Positions 1-13,378 of a stretch of DNA of 64,000 nucleotides are shown in pieces. The translations under genes were made by a program, and so were the position numbers. The stretch covers positions 5,210,001-5,274,000 of the forward strand of contig NC_058383.1 of the NCBI RefSeq assembly GCF_018350175.1, in the 5' to 3' direction. The notes below the pieces were generated by a model. That model did no database searches and was not told the DNA's origin. It saw only the letters and a program-made list of their open reading frames with translations. Position 1 is the stretch's first letter. Each line of letters opens with the position of its first letter. The DNA is from Felis catus. Taxonomy: Eukaryota.

Positions 1-668
1 AACGAGACTTCAAATAAGAAGCCACAAAATAAAAAAGACACCAGAATGCGAGGCCGCCAGAGAATAGTCTTGTCTGGACCAGAACGCAGGGAGGGTTTGG
101 GGAGGCAACCCGAAAGAGGTAGGACAGTACTGAGAAGGGACCTGACGCTGAGGCAGGCACCTGTGCTGGAAGCAAGCGGCAAGACTGTGCCGCTGGGCGT
201 GTGGCCCCGCTGGTGAAGGCAGGGGACACGGAGCGTTCTCCTCTGCTCTGGGGTCAGTCATCCGGGCAAGCGGAGCCCAGCCGAGGCAGGGCCAGCAGAA
301 CAGGAGATCTACCAGGTGTGCTCAGGCAACAGCAAGAGGGTTGGGATTTGGTATCTAGTTGTATTTGCAATCTTCCTCTTGAGTCTGCACTTAGATTTTA
401 AGGAAGAAACTGCAGAAATTGGTAACGGACCAGACTAAGATGCAGGGAACACACACAAATTTCATAGGCTGGAGATGAGCAGAAAAAATGCTGGGCACAA
501 CTAGAAAGGAGAAGTGGTTAGTTTTAGATCTGCAAAGGGATGCTGGTGCTCAGAAATTAAGTAACGGCAAAACCAATATCCAATCCCTGACACCGGTTAT
601 TAAATCCAAATTGTTACAGTAAGCAAACCTTTAAAATATTTTCACCATTTTATTTTTTTACATGGTAC

Positions 669-895
669 TTTATTTTTTTTTTCAAGTTTATTTTATCTAC
701 TTTGAGAGCATGTGTGCACATGCGTGGGAGGAGGGGCAGGGGGAGGAGCAGAGTGGAAGAGAGAGAATTCCAAGCAGGCTCCGCACTGTCAGCACAGAGC
801 CCGACGTGGGGCTTGAACTCACGAACCGTGAGAGCATGACCTGAGCTGAAAATCAAGAGTCCGACGCTTCACTGACTGAGCCACCCAAGCGCCCC
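669..895 (-). mobile_element. Can-SINE (SINEC)
   Basis: tRNA-derived head, CT-rich body and A tail, reversed. Confidence 0.9.
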
Positions 896-1055
896 TAACC
901 ACTTAAAAATAATGGCAATCATGTGAGGAAGAGGCAGCGCAAGGTCAAAAGTGAAGCAAACACAGAGCTCTGCGCATTCATCATAAAAGGCGAGACTGAA
1001 CTCGGTAAGCCAGCGATGTCGAGGGAAGACGTGAGCGATGCTTTGTTGTACTCAC

Positions 1056-1158
1056 TTATTGCTGCCATTCAAGCATGCTTTTTGCATAGCATCAACAGTG
1101 TACTGAAGGAATTCATGGGCATCTTCTTGGTTTCCAAAGCGGAAGTGCCTAGCTATAC
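1056..1158 (-). CDS. USP42: USP42 exon 5 (QEDAHEF box)
   Basis: (R)[33 protein letters not shown](K); ttcacag| and AA|gtgagt; 103 nt; gene continues beyond the left edge. Confidence 0.96.
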
Positions 1159-2768
1159 CTGTGAAGTTTAAGTGAAGACAGAGCTTTATCATCACATACA
1201 ATCCACCTCGGCTGTGCCCCCATCCCCCCCAGACGTTCCATCCCGTGACCATCTGTTGGTTAGAAAACGCCTGTAATTACTTTATGAGTTGACTAACACA
1301 AACTGCCTGAGAATGGCTAGAACCAGGCCCCTGAAGACCATTACGAGTGCATGTGGGCTAGAGCTCCTGAGAGCCCAGAGACTCTAGGTCATCAGCAAGT
1401 TAATAAAATTATAGCTGACTAAATTCAACTTTGGCTGTATGGTCTCAAAAATTTGTTCACAGTGTTACATTAGTGCCCACAATCCTACTAAATTTGGTGC
1501 TAGGGCTCCTTAAGAGAATTCACGGCAAACATAAATGTCTACACTTCTGTCCCAATAACCCACAGAACACCCCACATCTCAGTTCCACGGCAGCCCTGCA
1601 GCCCTATTTCTAACTGAGCAGCTGCAAGACAGAATGACATAATGAAACGCAAGAATATAAACAATGTCACAATAAAGCATTAACCGAGCAAGTTCTATAG
1701 ATGAATATATAGAAATACAAATTCGCTGGAGTCACAGGAAACTGCCAGTGTTCCGCCAGTTCTGGCTACAAAAATGGCAATCTCATGATCCAACCACATG
1801 TCAGGGGGTTATGTGAGCTCATGAATATGGGTGCAAACAGCAATGACCTTTTCTTAAAGTCTAGGTTTAAAAATATTAATCGTTCTTTATATACACAAAA
1901 TTAAACAAACAAAATTACCCCTGGCTAAAATTCTGCCGGGATCCGACACTGTTTAAAAAATGTTTGCACTGTCTCCTCTGGCCTGTTAATAAAGCCAAGG
2001 GCCAATAGAACACCTCTTAATCTTGAGCAGCTTTTTAGGCAAAAGGATTATAGATTGTCACTGTATAATTATCCACCCCTGTAATTACGCAGCTAGATTC
2101 CAGATTAACAGTTAGGGTTTCCTTTTTATTTGCATGCATTTTTTTCTCCTAACTCAGTTAATTAAGATGATGTAAAAGTTTACTGCAAAAACACACAGAA
2201 AGTGTGTTAAAAAATTTCACGCACCCTATCAGGATCATTATAATGCAAAAGAAAATTTTAAAGTCATTTAAAAATTAAATAGAAAAAGCAAAATTTATTT
2301 ACAAATTTGCTCAGTTATGAGTTTAAATGTTGCTTTAAGAGCAGAGTTAACTCAAGTTTGATAATTCCTGACACTATAGGTTAATATTCACTGAATTGAA
2401 ACGAATCCAAAAATATTTAAAGAAACCTATGGGACAATATTATAGTATAACTCAGCATAGAAATCCAAATATGGGGAAAAAAAATCACTGTAAAACTTAC
2501 CAATGATTTTATTAAAAAAGTGAGTTTTAAAAGTTTAAATTTGCTTATACTAAACTGAATACTTTATTACACTGTCATCTTTTAGGGTTTCAAAATGTGT
2601 TTCTATACTAAACATTTTACTGAAAATTTGTTATGAATTAAAGATATATCCACGTATGATAAGACGTTTGTTTTCTGCAATACACCAGGGGCTCATCTTT
2701 TACCAGTTGGGCCATTAAGACCAATTACCTAATAAATACTGAAATAAATTACTAGCGATGATACTTAC

Positions 2769-2879
2769 GCCGCATCTCATTAATGACAAACATCGGCTTA
2801 ATAACATCCCCAGGATTACTGAGTGCCTGGGTGATATGTGCTTGCATGGTACACATCATACAAAATCCTTCTGCGTGAC
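2769..2879 (-). CDS. USP42: USP42 exon 4
   Basis: Not in the ORF track; read by hand as (C)[36 protein letters not shown]; tctttcag| and C|gtaagt; 111 nt, phase 1-1. Confidence 0.95.
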
Positions 2880-2984
2880 CTGAAAGATAACAGATGATAA
2901 TCCTCCAAATTAGCAAAATATGGCTATACAGACACCACGGACTACTTTAAATAAGGGGCACACTCCTGAAATGAATTAATGACA

Positions 2985-3190
2985 ATGGTTACTGTGTGTC
3001 ACACCTTGAGCTAGCTTCATTCATTCTCACTTAATTCTCCAACAAGCCTAAGTGATCCATATATACTGGCTCAATTTCATAAGAGAAAAACTGAGACTCA
3101 GAGAGTTAAAACTTTGCCCAATGTCAAATTAAATGGATGACACATGCTGAAATCAAATATTTTCTTCATTTTCAAAGCTTGTGCCCTTAA
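2985..3190. mobile_element. MIR
   Basis: MIR core gagaaaaactgagactcagagagttaaaactttgccca. Confidence 0.7.
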
Positions 3191-3369
3191 CTTCTCTTTA
3201 TACTGGGAAAAATAGGTTTTCTCTTATACTACCATTTGTCTCAAACAGTTAAAAAAAAAAAAAAAAAGTGTCCATACAAGAAGTTCAAAGCCTTTCTGTA
3301 AATATTCTGGTCTTGTTGGACATGTACAGGGGTCTCTGTTACACATTTCTTCCTTTTTACAACTTCTAA

Positions 3370-3532
3370 AAAACGTGAAAACCATTCTTAGCTCATGACT
3401 AACTGGTTCTACTGGTATCCCGTGAGTAGAGGCCACAAATGCTGCTAACCATCCTACAAAAAGCCCAGGCCACCCCCCACAACAAAGCATTATCTGGTTC
3501 CAAACATCAGTAGTGCTGAGATTGAGAAACTC
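3370..3532 (+). mobile_element. MER20 (hAT-Charlie DNA transposon) fragment
   Basis: ctactggtatcccgtgagtagaggccacaaatgctgctaaccatcctacaa...gagattgagaaact resembles MER20. Confidence 0.8.
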
Positions 3533-3589
3533 ACCTTAAACTAAATCCTGCTCAGTACCTGCCTCACAAAGAGCCTTGAAAGGTTCAAA

Positions 3590-4660
3590 GTCTTTCCAAC
3601 TGATACAACTGTGTCCCAGAATAAAGCTCAAAAATATTTATAGGAATCAAAAAGAAAAAAAAAAAAAAAAAAAACCTTCCACACCCAAAAACATAACATT
3701 CTAATTAAAGACTACAAGGCATGAAAAATGCAGGAATGACCAATAACATGGAGAAAATAAACAGAAACAGACCCAGAAATGGCACAGATAATAAAATCAA
3801 GAGACAAAGACATTAAAAAATAAATTATATACACATTCATGTGTTCAAGGAGGTAGAAAAAAGCAAAAGCATGTTAGGGGGAGCCATGGAAACAGATCCA
3901 AATGTACTTTACAGGTGAAAGGTAGAATCTCTGAGATGAAAAACACAGATGAGATTAATAACAGATTAGACAGAAGAGAAGAAAACATTAGTGAACTTGA
4001 AGACTTAGCAACAGAAATAATCCATAACGAAACACATACACAAACTCAGAACAACAAAAACATTAGCATATCAGTGAGCAGTGGGACTCCAAGTTAGTCC
4101 CTAAAAATACATATAATTGGAGTATGAAGGAACAGAGTATTTCAGGAAATAATGACTGTCTATAGAGAGCACAAAGGAGATTTTTAGAATGATGCTACAG
4201 TTTTGTTTCCTGAAAAGGTGGTGGTTTGCATGAATCTATACCTGTGTTAAAATTCATTGAACTGTGCACCAAAAAGTTTAACATTACTCCAATGACAAAA
4301 ATAAAAATTTTTTAAATGACTAGAAGTCATGCAAATTTCAAACAGTACGTCTACAGATCTAAGAGTCTCAGTAAGTCCCAAACAGAAAAAGACACGAGAA
4401 AACTACACAAAAACTACTCAGACTGCTTAGGACAGTGATAAAGACAGCATCATAAAACAGTGAGTAAAACAAACAAACAAAACAAAACATGTATACAGAT
4501 ACAAAGCTAAAACTGACAACAGACTTCTTGTCAGAAACAACACGGAACAGAAAACAGCACAGTAACATCTTTCAGGTATTAGAAGAATAATGTTCTTCTC
4601 ACACTGTATAGAGCACAGAATTCTAGGCCCCATGAAAACATCTTTCTAACACAAAGATGA
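3590..4660 (+). mobile_element. Old L1 (L1ME1-like), 5'/ORF1 part, outer layer of nest
   Basis: Degraded ORF1 (ISEMKNTDEINNRLDRREENISELED); breaks off where the 19700 segment resumes; includes a small separate L1 3' fragment at ~4160-4310. Confidence 0.75.
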
Positions 4661-6383
4661 GACTTTCACTTCTGGGAAGACAGAGGAGAGGTTCTTCCTC
4701 CCATTCCTCTGCAAAATAGAAAAGCCCTGGACGTTGTCTGTAAAACAAATATAAGAAGGCAGTGAAAGACAGAGGAAAAGACAAGCTAGCAACTGCGGAA
4801 CCCAAAGAATGACATTGTGGCAAGTTCCCTGGGTTTTCTTTGTGCCTCAGATAGTCCAGAGCTAAAGAAGCTAGCAACCTGGAAACACCAACAAATAGAA
4901 TAAAGCCCCAATGAAAGCCTGCTTTCTGCAGCCAAAAGACCAGCGTGGCAAGACAGAAAACTTTTGGACAGTAATTCTCTACTCTAGCCACACACCACAG
5001 AAAAACAATGACTCCCAGACCCCTAGGCCAGCAAAGGCCAAGTAGGCAGCCTAAACTTCCACTTGCCAGGCTGCAATGGGGCACCCACCCCACCCACTCG
5101 GAGTACTGTTAGAGAAGGTGGATTAGGAGCTAGAACTTTCATCCATGTGGGGTGATAACAATCACACCTCATCCCACAGCAAAGATCAGGTGAGGAACCT
5201 GGACTTGTATGCCAGCCCCTGGTAGTGAAGACGACTCCCTCCAATTCGCCATTGGGATAGTATCAGAATCAGGACTTTCAACATCACCCAGCGGTACAAA
5301 GCTGCTGTGGTGTCAGTGGAGACCAGGTGGAGAGCAGGAACGAGGAGCCCCAACCTCCCCCTGCCCCCATGCTTCACGGGCCAAAGCCTGGACTTCTACC
5401 TCAACCTAATACTACTTCCTTTGCCAGAGTGCTATCACAGAAAGCCCGCTGAAGCAATCATTAGATAAGATCCACATAAAACTTGTAACACAAAAGCGTC
5501 CAGGTTTCAACTGAAAATCACTCATCATTTCTCAAATGAGTGAAAAAAGACAATAAAGAGATGATGCCCGCACTGAGATGATACAGGTGTCAGAATTATC
5601 TAGCAAAGGTTTTAAAGAAACCAAGATAAAAATGGCTCAGCTGATAATTACAAACACACTAGGAACAACTGAAAAATACAGAAAGACTCAACAAAGAAAT
5701 AGGAGATATACAGAACCAAGTGGAAACTTTAGAAACAAAAAATACAATAATCAAAATAAACTCAGTGAATAAGTTAGAAGAATAGAGATTGCAGAAGAAA
5801 AACATCAGTCAACATGAAGACAGAACAGCAGAAATTACCCACTCCAAAGAATGGAGAGAAAAGAGACTGGTGGGGGCAGGGGGGTGGGGTGGGGCAATGA
5901 ACAGAGCCTCAGGGACCTGTGGGACTCTAACAAAACATGTAGCACACATGTCATCAGACTCCCAGAGGAGCCCCAGAGGGCTGAAAAAGTATTACACAGA
6001 AGGAAGGCTGAAAATTTCCCAAATGTGGTAAAAAATAGAAGTCTATAGATTCAAGAAGCTGAGCAAACCCCAAACGGGAAAAAAAACCCTATCCCAAAAC
6101 ATATCATAACTAAACTTCTGAAAACTAAAGACAGAATCTTGAAAGCAGTGAAAGAAAACAGTACACTACCTATGAAAGTGTGTATGTGTGTGTGTGTATG
6201 AAATAAACAAGAAAAATGACAGACTTCAGATCAAAAATGGTGGAAGCCAGAGGAAGTGGCACAATTTTCAAGGTCCGAATGAAAAGGAGTATCCGCCCAG
6301 AACCCTACACACAGTGGAAATACCCTTCAGGAATGAGGCAAAATCAAGACGTTCTCAGATGAAGCAAAAACTAAGAAAATCTG

Positions 6384-6592
6384 GGGGCGCCTGGGTGGCT
6401 CAGTCGGTTGAGCATCCGACTTCGGCTGGGGTCATGATCTCGCAGTCCATGAGTTCAAGCCCCGCGTCGGGCTCTGTGCTGACCACTAAGAGCCTGGAGC
6501 CTGCTTCAGATTCTGTGCCTGCCTCTCTCTCTCTGCCCCTCCCCTGCTCATGCTCTGTCTCTCAAAAATAATGTTAAAAAAAAATTAAAAAA
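6384..6592 (+). mobile_element. SINEC_Fc
   Basis: ggggcgcctgggtggctcagtc head; TSD-like aaactaaga(a/g)aatctg. Confidence 0.93.
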
Positions 6593-7227
6593 ACAAACTA
6601 AGAGAATCTGTCACCAGTACACATACCTTAAAAGAATGACTAAAAGAATTCTCTCAACAAAAAGGGAATGATTTTTTAAAAAGAGAAACCCTGGAACATC
6701 AAAAAGGAGGAAAGAAATAGTAACAAAAAATAAAGGCAAATATAATAGGCTTTCTTTTTCTCAAGTTTCTAACTTATGTGACGATCAAAAAAATTATAAC
6801 ACTGTCACTGATATGGTTCTAAATGTAAGTGGACGAAATATTTAATTACCTGACAATTAGGGGAGACTAAAGAGAGGTAGAAGTTAAGGTTTCTACACTT
6901 ACCTTTATTTGGTAAAATGACACCAGTAGACTCTGATAAGTTATGTATATATAATGCAAACATAGAGTAACCACTAAAAAGACTACATATACTCAAAAAT
7001 GTTAAAAATAAATCAAAACAAAATTATAAAAAAATATTCATGTAACCCACAGGAAGGCAGGGAGAAGGAAACAAAAACAAAAAACAGAGAGAAAACAAAA
7101 TGACAGACTTAAGTCCTGATTTGTCAATAAGCTTAAAAATGTAAATGTTCTAAATATACCAATTAAAAAAACCCAGATTAACAAAGTAGATGGGATAACG
7201 TGACTCAATCATATGATACCTCCATTT

Positions 7228-7720
7228 TGTATATATATATATGTGTGTGTATGTGTATATATATATATATATGCACACATATATGTGTATATATATAAAT
7301 ACATACATATATATGTGTATACATTTTATATATATGTGGGTGTATATATATACACACATATATATACACACATATATGTGTATATATTTTATATATGTGT
7401 GTGTATATATATACACACATATATGTGTATATATATACATACATATATACACACATTTATACATACATATATACACACATATATACATACATACATAGAC
7501 ATACATACATATGTATATACGTACATACATATATATGTGTGTGTATATATTTTATATATTGTGTGTGTGTATATACATACGTATATACGTGTATATATAT
7601 ACATACATATACACACACATATATACATATATGTGTATATATACATACGTATATACACACATATACATATGTGTAAATACGTATGTATATATATATACAC
7701 ATATATATATATATACATAC
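7228..7720. repeat. Compound (AT/AC/GT)n low-complexity microsatellite, ~490 bp
   Basis: Directly visible; source of the YIHT/MCVY ORFs. Confidence 0.97.
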
Positions 7721-8049
7721 GCACCAAAACTTACAGCAATCCTCAATGTGTTTGTACCAAACAACAAAGCTGCAATACACATGAAGCAAACTCTGATAGA
7801 ACTGAAAACAGACATAGAGAAATCCACAACTAGAGCTGCAAACCTCAACATCCTTCTGTCAATAAATGAACAATGAGAAAATCAGCAAGGATACAGAACT
7901 CAGCAATATCATCAGCCAATGGGATATGGACAACTTATAGAACACTCCAGACAACAGCACTATACAAATTCATTTCAAGGGTTCATGGAACATATACCAA
8001 GATAGACCATATCCTGGGCCACAAAACAAACCTCAAAAAATTGAAGAGA

Positions 8050-8306
8050 GTGGAACCTGGGTGGCCCAGTCAGTTGAGTGCTGAACTTAGGTTCAGGTCA
8101 TGATCTCACGGTTTGTGAGTTTGAGCCCCCCACTGGGATCACTGCTCTCAGTGCAGAGCCTGCTTTGGATGCTCTGTCCCCCTTTCTCTGTCCCTCCCCT
8201 GCTTGTGCACACGTGATCGCTTGAGCTCTCCCTCGCTCTCAAAAAATAAAATAAAATAAAATAAAATAAAATAAAATAAAATAAAATAAAATAAAATAAA
8301 ATAAAT
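8050..8306 (+). mobile_element. Can-SINE with (TAAAA)n tail
   Basis: SINE head and body plus about 12 pentamer units. Confidence 0.9.
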
Positions 8307-8530
8307 AACACATTTAAACATTTTAAGGGAATTGAAATAATAAAGGATATGTTTTCTACCACACTGGAATCATAATAGAAATTAGAGAAAGATAACAGGA
8401 AAATCAATAAATACCTGGAAACTAGGGAACATGCTTCTATATAATCCATGGATCAAAAAATAAATATCAAGGGAAACTTAAAAATGCACTGAACTAATGA
8501 AAAAACAACATATCAAAAATGCAGAGACAC

Positions 8531-8757
8531 GGGGCGCCTGGGTGGCGCAGTCGGTTAAGCGTCCGACTTCAGCCAGGTCACGATCTCGCGGTCCGGGAGT
8601 TCGAGCCCCGCGTCAGGCTCTGGGCTGATGGCTCAGAGCCTGGAGCCTGTTTCCGATTCTGTGTCTCCCTCTCTCTCTGCCCCTCCCCTGTTCATGCTCT
8701 GTCTCTCTCTGTCCCAAAAATAAATAAACGTTGGAAAAAAAAATTAAAAAAAAAAAA
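8531..8757 (+). mobile_element. Young SINEC_Fc
   Basis: CpG-rich; perfect TSD aaaaatgcagagacac. Confidence 0.95.
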
Positions 8758-8867
8758 TGCAGAGACACAGCTAAAGCATTGCTGAAAGGGCAACATATGG
8801 GTATTGCCAATATCAGAAACAAAACCCTGCAGATACAAAAAATTGAATTTGTAATTTAAAAACTCTC

Positions 8868-9080
8868 GGGGCGCCTGGGTGGCTCAGTCGGTTGAGCGTC
8901 CGACTTCAGCTCAGGTCATGATCTCGCGGTCCGTGAGTTCGAGCCCCGCGTCGGGCTCTGGGCTGATGGCTCAGAGCCTGGAGCCTGCTTCCAATTCTGT
9001 GTCTCCCTCTCTCTCTGCCCCTCCCCCATTCATGCTCTCTCTCTGTCTCAAAAATAAATAAACGCTAAAAAAAAAAAAAA
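8868..9080 (+). mobile_element. SINEC_Fc
   Basis: TSD tttaaaaactctc. Confidence 0.95.
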
Positions 9081-11844
9081 ATTTTAAAAACTCTCAAAAA
9101 GTACAGCTCCAGACCAAGATAGCTTCACTGATAAAGGCCACCAAATGTTTAAATACGAACCTACATCAAGTCCACACAATCTCTTCAAAAATCCAGAGGA
9201 GTTAATGTATCCCAAATTCATTTTTTATAAAACTAGTATTACCCTGATAATGAACCAAACAAATATGGTACAAAGTTAGAAAAGAGACCACCATCTCTCA
9301 TGAATAGATATGTAAAATTCCTAATAAAATATTACAAGTAAAATTCAGCAAAACTCAAAAACGATTACGCATCAGAGGAGAGAGGGGAAGATGCCACGGA
9401 CTAGGAGGACCCGAGGCTCGACTCGTCCCACGAATACAAAATAACTATCAAGTCATCCCAAATACCCTAGAAATTGATCTGAGAACTGGCAGAACAAACT
9501 CCACAGCTAGAGGAAGAGGAGAGGCCACATGAAGGAGGAGGAAGAGCAGAGCCACAGACTGGGAGAGAAAATGTGGCTCCTGCAGTAGGGAGGGAGCGGC
9601 AGTCACTGAAGAGGGCAGGGCAAGAGACATACTGGCACACAGGGCAGTGCAAGGGGAGAAGAATCCCCAGAGCAACTGGCTCGCAAAGCAAAAGGTTCCA
9701 AATTTCCTGAGTTCTTACCACCCGAAGGGTTTAAAGCCTGGAGTTTTAAAGGTCAGAGTAAGTGGCTCTGGTAGAGATCAGAAGACACTGCTGCTGCTCT
9801 TGGAGAAAACAGACCTTGGAAACAAGATCTGACGAGTGCCTGAGGCACACAGTAGGGAGGTTAGCTGCTCATCACAGAGCATGTCCAAGAAAGAGAGTGT
9901 TCACAGAGAGACCCCCTTGGGAACAAACACACTGGCCACCAGCATTTCCTTCCCTCTGCCCTGCAGTGTAAACAAGGAGCCACCTGTGGGAACCAGGACA
10001 GCACCAACACTCACTACCTAACATGCTGACGCTAAGCCCTCCCCGCCCCCCCCCCCCCCCCATGCTCTGGAAGAACCTCCCTTCCCAGTCACACTTGCCA
10101 CAGTCCCAGTGCAGCAGGTCCCTCCCCCAGAAGACCAAACTAAACCCCTGCTAACCTCCATCCCCCCAGCCAGGAGTTTTTCAAGGCCTCAGTTCTGGGT
10201 GGCAGCAGCAACAGGGCTCATTTTACAAGCAGATCAGGGCACACCAGTTAAAACTCGTCACATTCAGGCCAGGGACCAAACACTGCCCACAACAGGCAAA
10301 GAGAGCCTCTGCAGACAATCAGCCTGAAAGGTAAAGTGGCCAGAATACAACAGCAGAGCACACGCAGCTCACGGTGGAGACATTCCTGGCAGCGCCAGGC
10401 CTTGGGGAACAGGAGATACTACACTGTGGGGCACTATGTGACCTCTCCATAAAGTCATTACCCTCAAAAACCAGTAACCATAGGTCACTTTCCTAACACA
10501 CAGAAACAAGCACAGGGACTTAGACAAAATGAGAAGACAGAGGAATTTGCCCCAAATGAAAGAACAGGAAGGCCATGGCCAGAGATCTGAGTGGAACAGT
10601 TTTAAGTAAAACAGCTGACGGAGAATTTAAAGCAATGATCATAAGGATACTAGCTGGACTTGAGAAAAGAGTGGAGGACATCAGTGAGACCATTAACAGA
10701 GATAAGGAATAACATAGCAGAGATAAAGGGCTCAATAAATGAAATGAGAAACATGCTTGATGGAATAAACAGCAGGTTGGAAGAAGCAGAAGAACAAATT
10801 AATGGCCTAAAAGAGTAATGGAAAGTTATCAAGCTGAACAAAAGAGAGAAAAAAGAATTAGGCAAAACAAGAATAGGCTTAGGGAATTCAGTGACTCCAT
10901 CAAACATAACATTCATATTGGGATCCCAGAAGAAGAGAAAAAAAGAGGCTGAGAATTTATTTGAAGAAATAATAGCTGACAACTTCCTTAATCTGGGGAA
11001 GGAAATAGATATCTTGATCCAGGAGGCACAGAGAACCCCCGACAAAAATCAACAAAAGTAGATCCACACCAAGACGTATTGTGATGGCAAAATATAGTGA
11101 TAAAAAAAAATATTAAAAGCAGCAAGACAAATGAAGGCTGTTACATACAAAGGAAACCCTGTAAGGCTACCAGCGGATTTTTCAGTAGAAACTTTCCAAG
11201 CCGGAAAGCAGTGGCATAATATATTTAAAGTGCTGAATGGGAAAAACCTGCAGCCAAAAATACTCTATCTAGCAAGGCTACCATTCAGCATAGGAGAGAG
11301 AAAGAGTTTCCCAGACAAACAAAAACTAAAGGAGTTAATGGCCACTAAAACAGCCCTGCACGAAGTATTAAAGGTGACTCTTTGAGTGGAAAGGAAAGAC
11401 CAAAAATGACAATATGAAGGTAGGAAGCACAGAAACAGTAAAAATGAATATTTCTGTAAAATATCAGTCAAGAAACTAACAACAGGATGTAAAATATGAC
11501 ACCATATACCTAAAATGTGAGGAAGAAAGGAGTAAAGAATAGGTTCCAACTTAAACAACCATCAAGTTAATATAGACTGCTATATACAAAAGATGTTATA
11601 CACAAACCTAATGGTAACCACGAATCAAAAACCAGTAATAAATACACAAAGAAGAAAAAGAAATCCAAATATATCACCAAAGAAAACCAGCAAACCATGA
11701 AAGAGAGAAAGACAAGAATGAATCAGAGAAAATCTTCAGAAACAACCACAAAACAAGTAGTAAAATGACAATAAATACATAGTTACCAATAATTACTTTG
11801 AATATAAGTGAACTAAACACTCCAATCAAAAGACACAGGATGAC

Positions 11845-11970
11845 AGGGTGCCTGGGTGGCTCAGTCAGTTAAGTGTCCAACTTCAGCTCAGGTCATGATC
11901 TCACAGTTCATGGTTTGAGCTCTGCATCAGGCTCTGTGCTGATAGCTCCGAGCCAGGAGCCTGCTTCGGA

Positions 11971-12019
<49 letters not shown>

Positions 12020-12085
12020 TCTCTGCCCTTCCCACACTTGTGCGCACACCTGCTCATGCTAGCTCTCTCTCAAAAATAAACATTA
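11845..12085 (+). mobile_element. Can-SINE with internal (TG)n
   Basis: SINE head and body; (TG)~22 at 11974-12017. Confidence 0.9.
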
Positions 12086-12623
12086 CAATAAATAGAAAAT
12101 AAACAATAATAATAAAGGGGACAACCCAACAAGAAGATACTACAATTATAAATATTTATGCACCCAACATGAAAGCACCCAAATATATAAAACAGTAAAT
12201 AATAAACATGAAGGAACTAATTGATAATAATACAGTAACAGTAGGGGACTTTAACACCCCACTGACATCAATGGACAGATCATCTAAACAGAACATCCAC
12301 AAGGAAGCAAAGGCTTCGAATGACACTGGACCACATGGACTTAACAGGCATATTCAGAACATTCCATCCCAAAACAGCAGAATACACATTCATGTGCACA
12401 TGGATCATTCTCCAGAATAGATCACACATTAGCCCACAAAACAACCCTCAACAAATTCAAGAAGATTGTAATCATACTATGAATCTTTTCTGACCAAACA
12501 CTATGAAATTACAAGTCAACCACAAGAAAAAATCTGGAAAGACCACAAACACATGGATTAAAAAACATCATACTAAACAATGAATGGGTCAACCAGGAAA
12601 TCAAAGACGAAATTTAAAAAGCA

Positions 12624-12830
12624 GAGGCACATGGGTGGCTCAGTTAAGCGTCTGACTCTTGATTTTGGTTCAGGTCATGATCCCATGTTTTGTGAAATCG
12701 AGCCTTGTGTCAGGCTCTGGGATGACAGCATGGAGCCTGTTTGGGATTCCCTTTCCACCTCTCTCTCTCTGTTCCCCTCCTACTTGTGCATGTACACACA
12801 TGCTCTCTCAAAATAAATAAACATTCAAAA
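12624..12830 (+). mobile_element. Can-SINE
   Basis: SINE consensus. Confidence 0.88.
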
Positions 12831-13162
12831 AAGTTTTTTCTTTTAATAAATTAAAAAGTAATGGAAACAAATGAAAATGAAAACATAGTGGTCCAAAACC
12901 TTTCAGATGTAGCAAAAGCACTTCTAAGAGGGAAGATTACAACAATACAGGCTTACCTCAAGAAGCAAAAAAAAAATCTCAAATAAACAACCTAACCTTG
13001 CACCTAAAGGAGCTAGAAAAAGAACAACAAACAAAACAAAAAACCAGCAAAAGGAAGGAAATAATATAGATTAGAACAGAAATAAATGACACACAAACTA
13101 AAAAAATAATAGAATGGGTCAGTGAAGCCAAGAGCTGGTTCTTTTAAAAAAAAGAAATCAAT

Positions 13163-13378
13163 AGGGGCGCCTGGGTGGTGCAGTCGGTTAGGCGTCCGAC
13201 TTCAGCCAGGTCACGATCTCGCGGTCCGTGAGTTCGAGCCCCGCATCGGGCTCTGGGCTGATGGCTCGGAGCCTGGAGCCTGTTTCCGATTCTGTGTCTC
13301 CCTCTCTCTCTGCCCCTCCCCCGTTCATGCTCTGTCTCTCTCTGTCCCAAAAATAAATAAACGTTGAAAAAAAAAAAT
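13163..13378 (+). mobile_element. Young SINEC_Fc
   Basis: TSD aaatcaata; near-identical to the 8531 copy. Confidence 0.95.

Larger units (their letters stand above)
4660..9375 (+). mobile_element. L1 (L1MC1-like) 5'UTR/ORF1/ORF2 5' part, middle layer
   Basis: L1M-type 5' region, ORF1 remnants (NEQSLRDLWDSNK), ORF2 remnants (HGTYTKIDHILGHKTNLKK). Confidence 0.8.

Noticed and set aside
7150..7876. Many overlapping ORFs up to 206 aa
   Set aside because: Translation of a dinucleotide microsatellite
8519..8785. Recurrent GAPGW.../MAQSV... ORFs and tRNA-like heads across the window
   Set aside because: Can-SINE consensus translations, not genes or tRNAs
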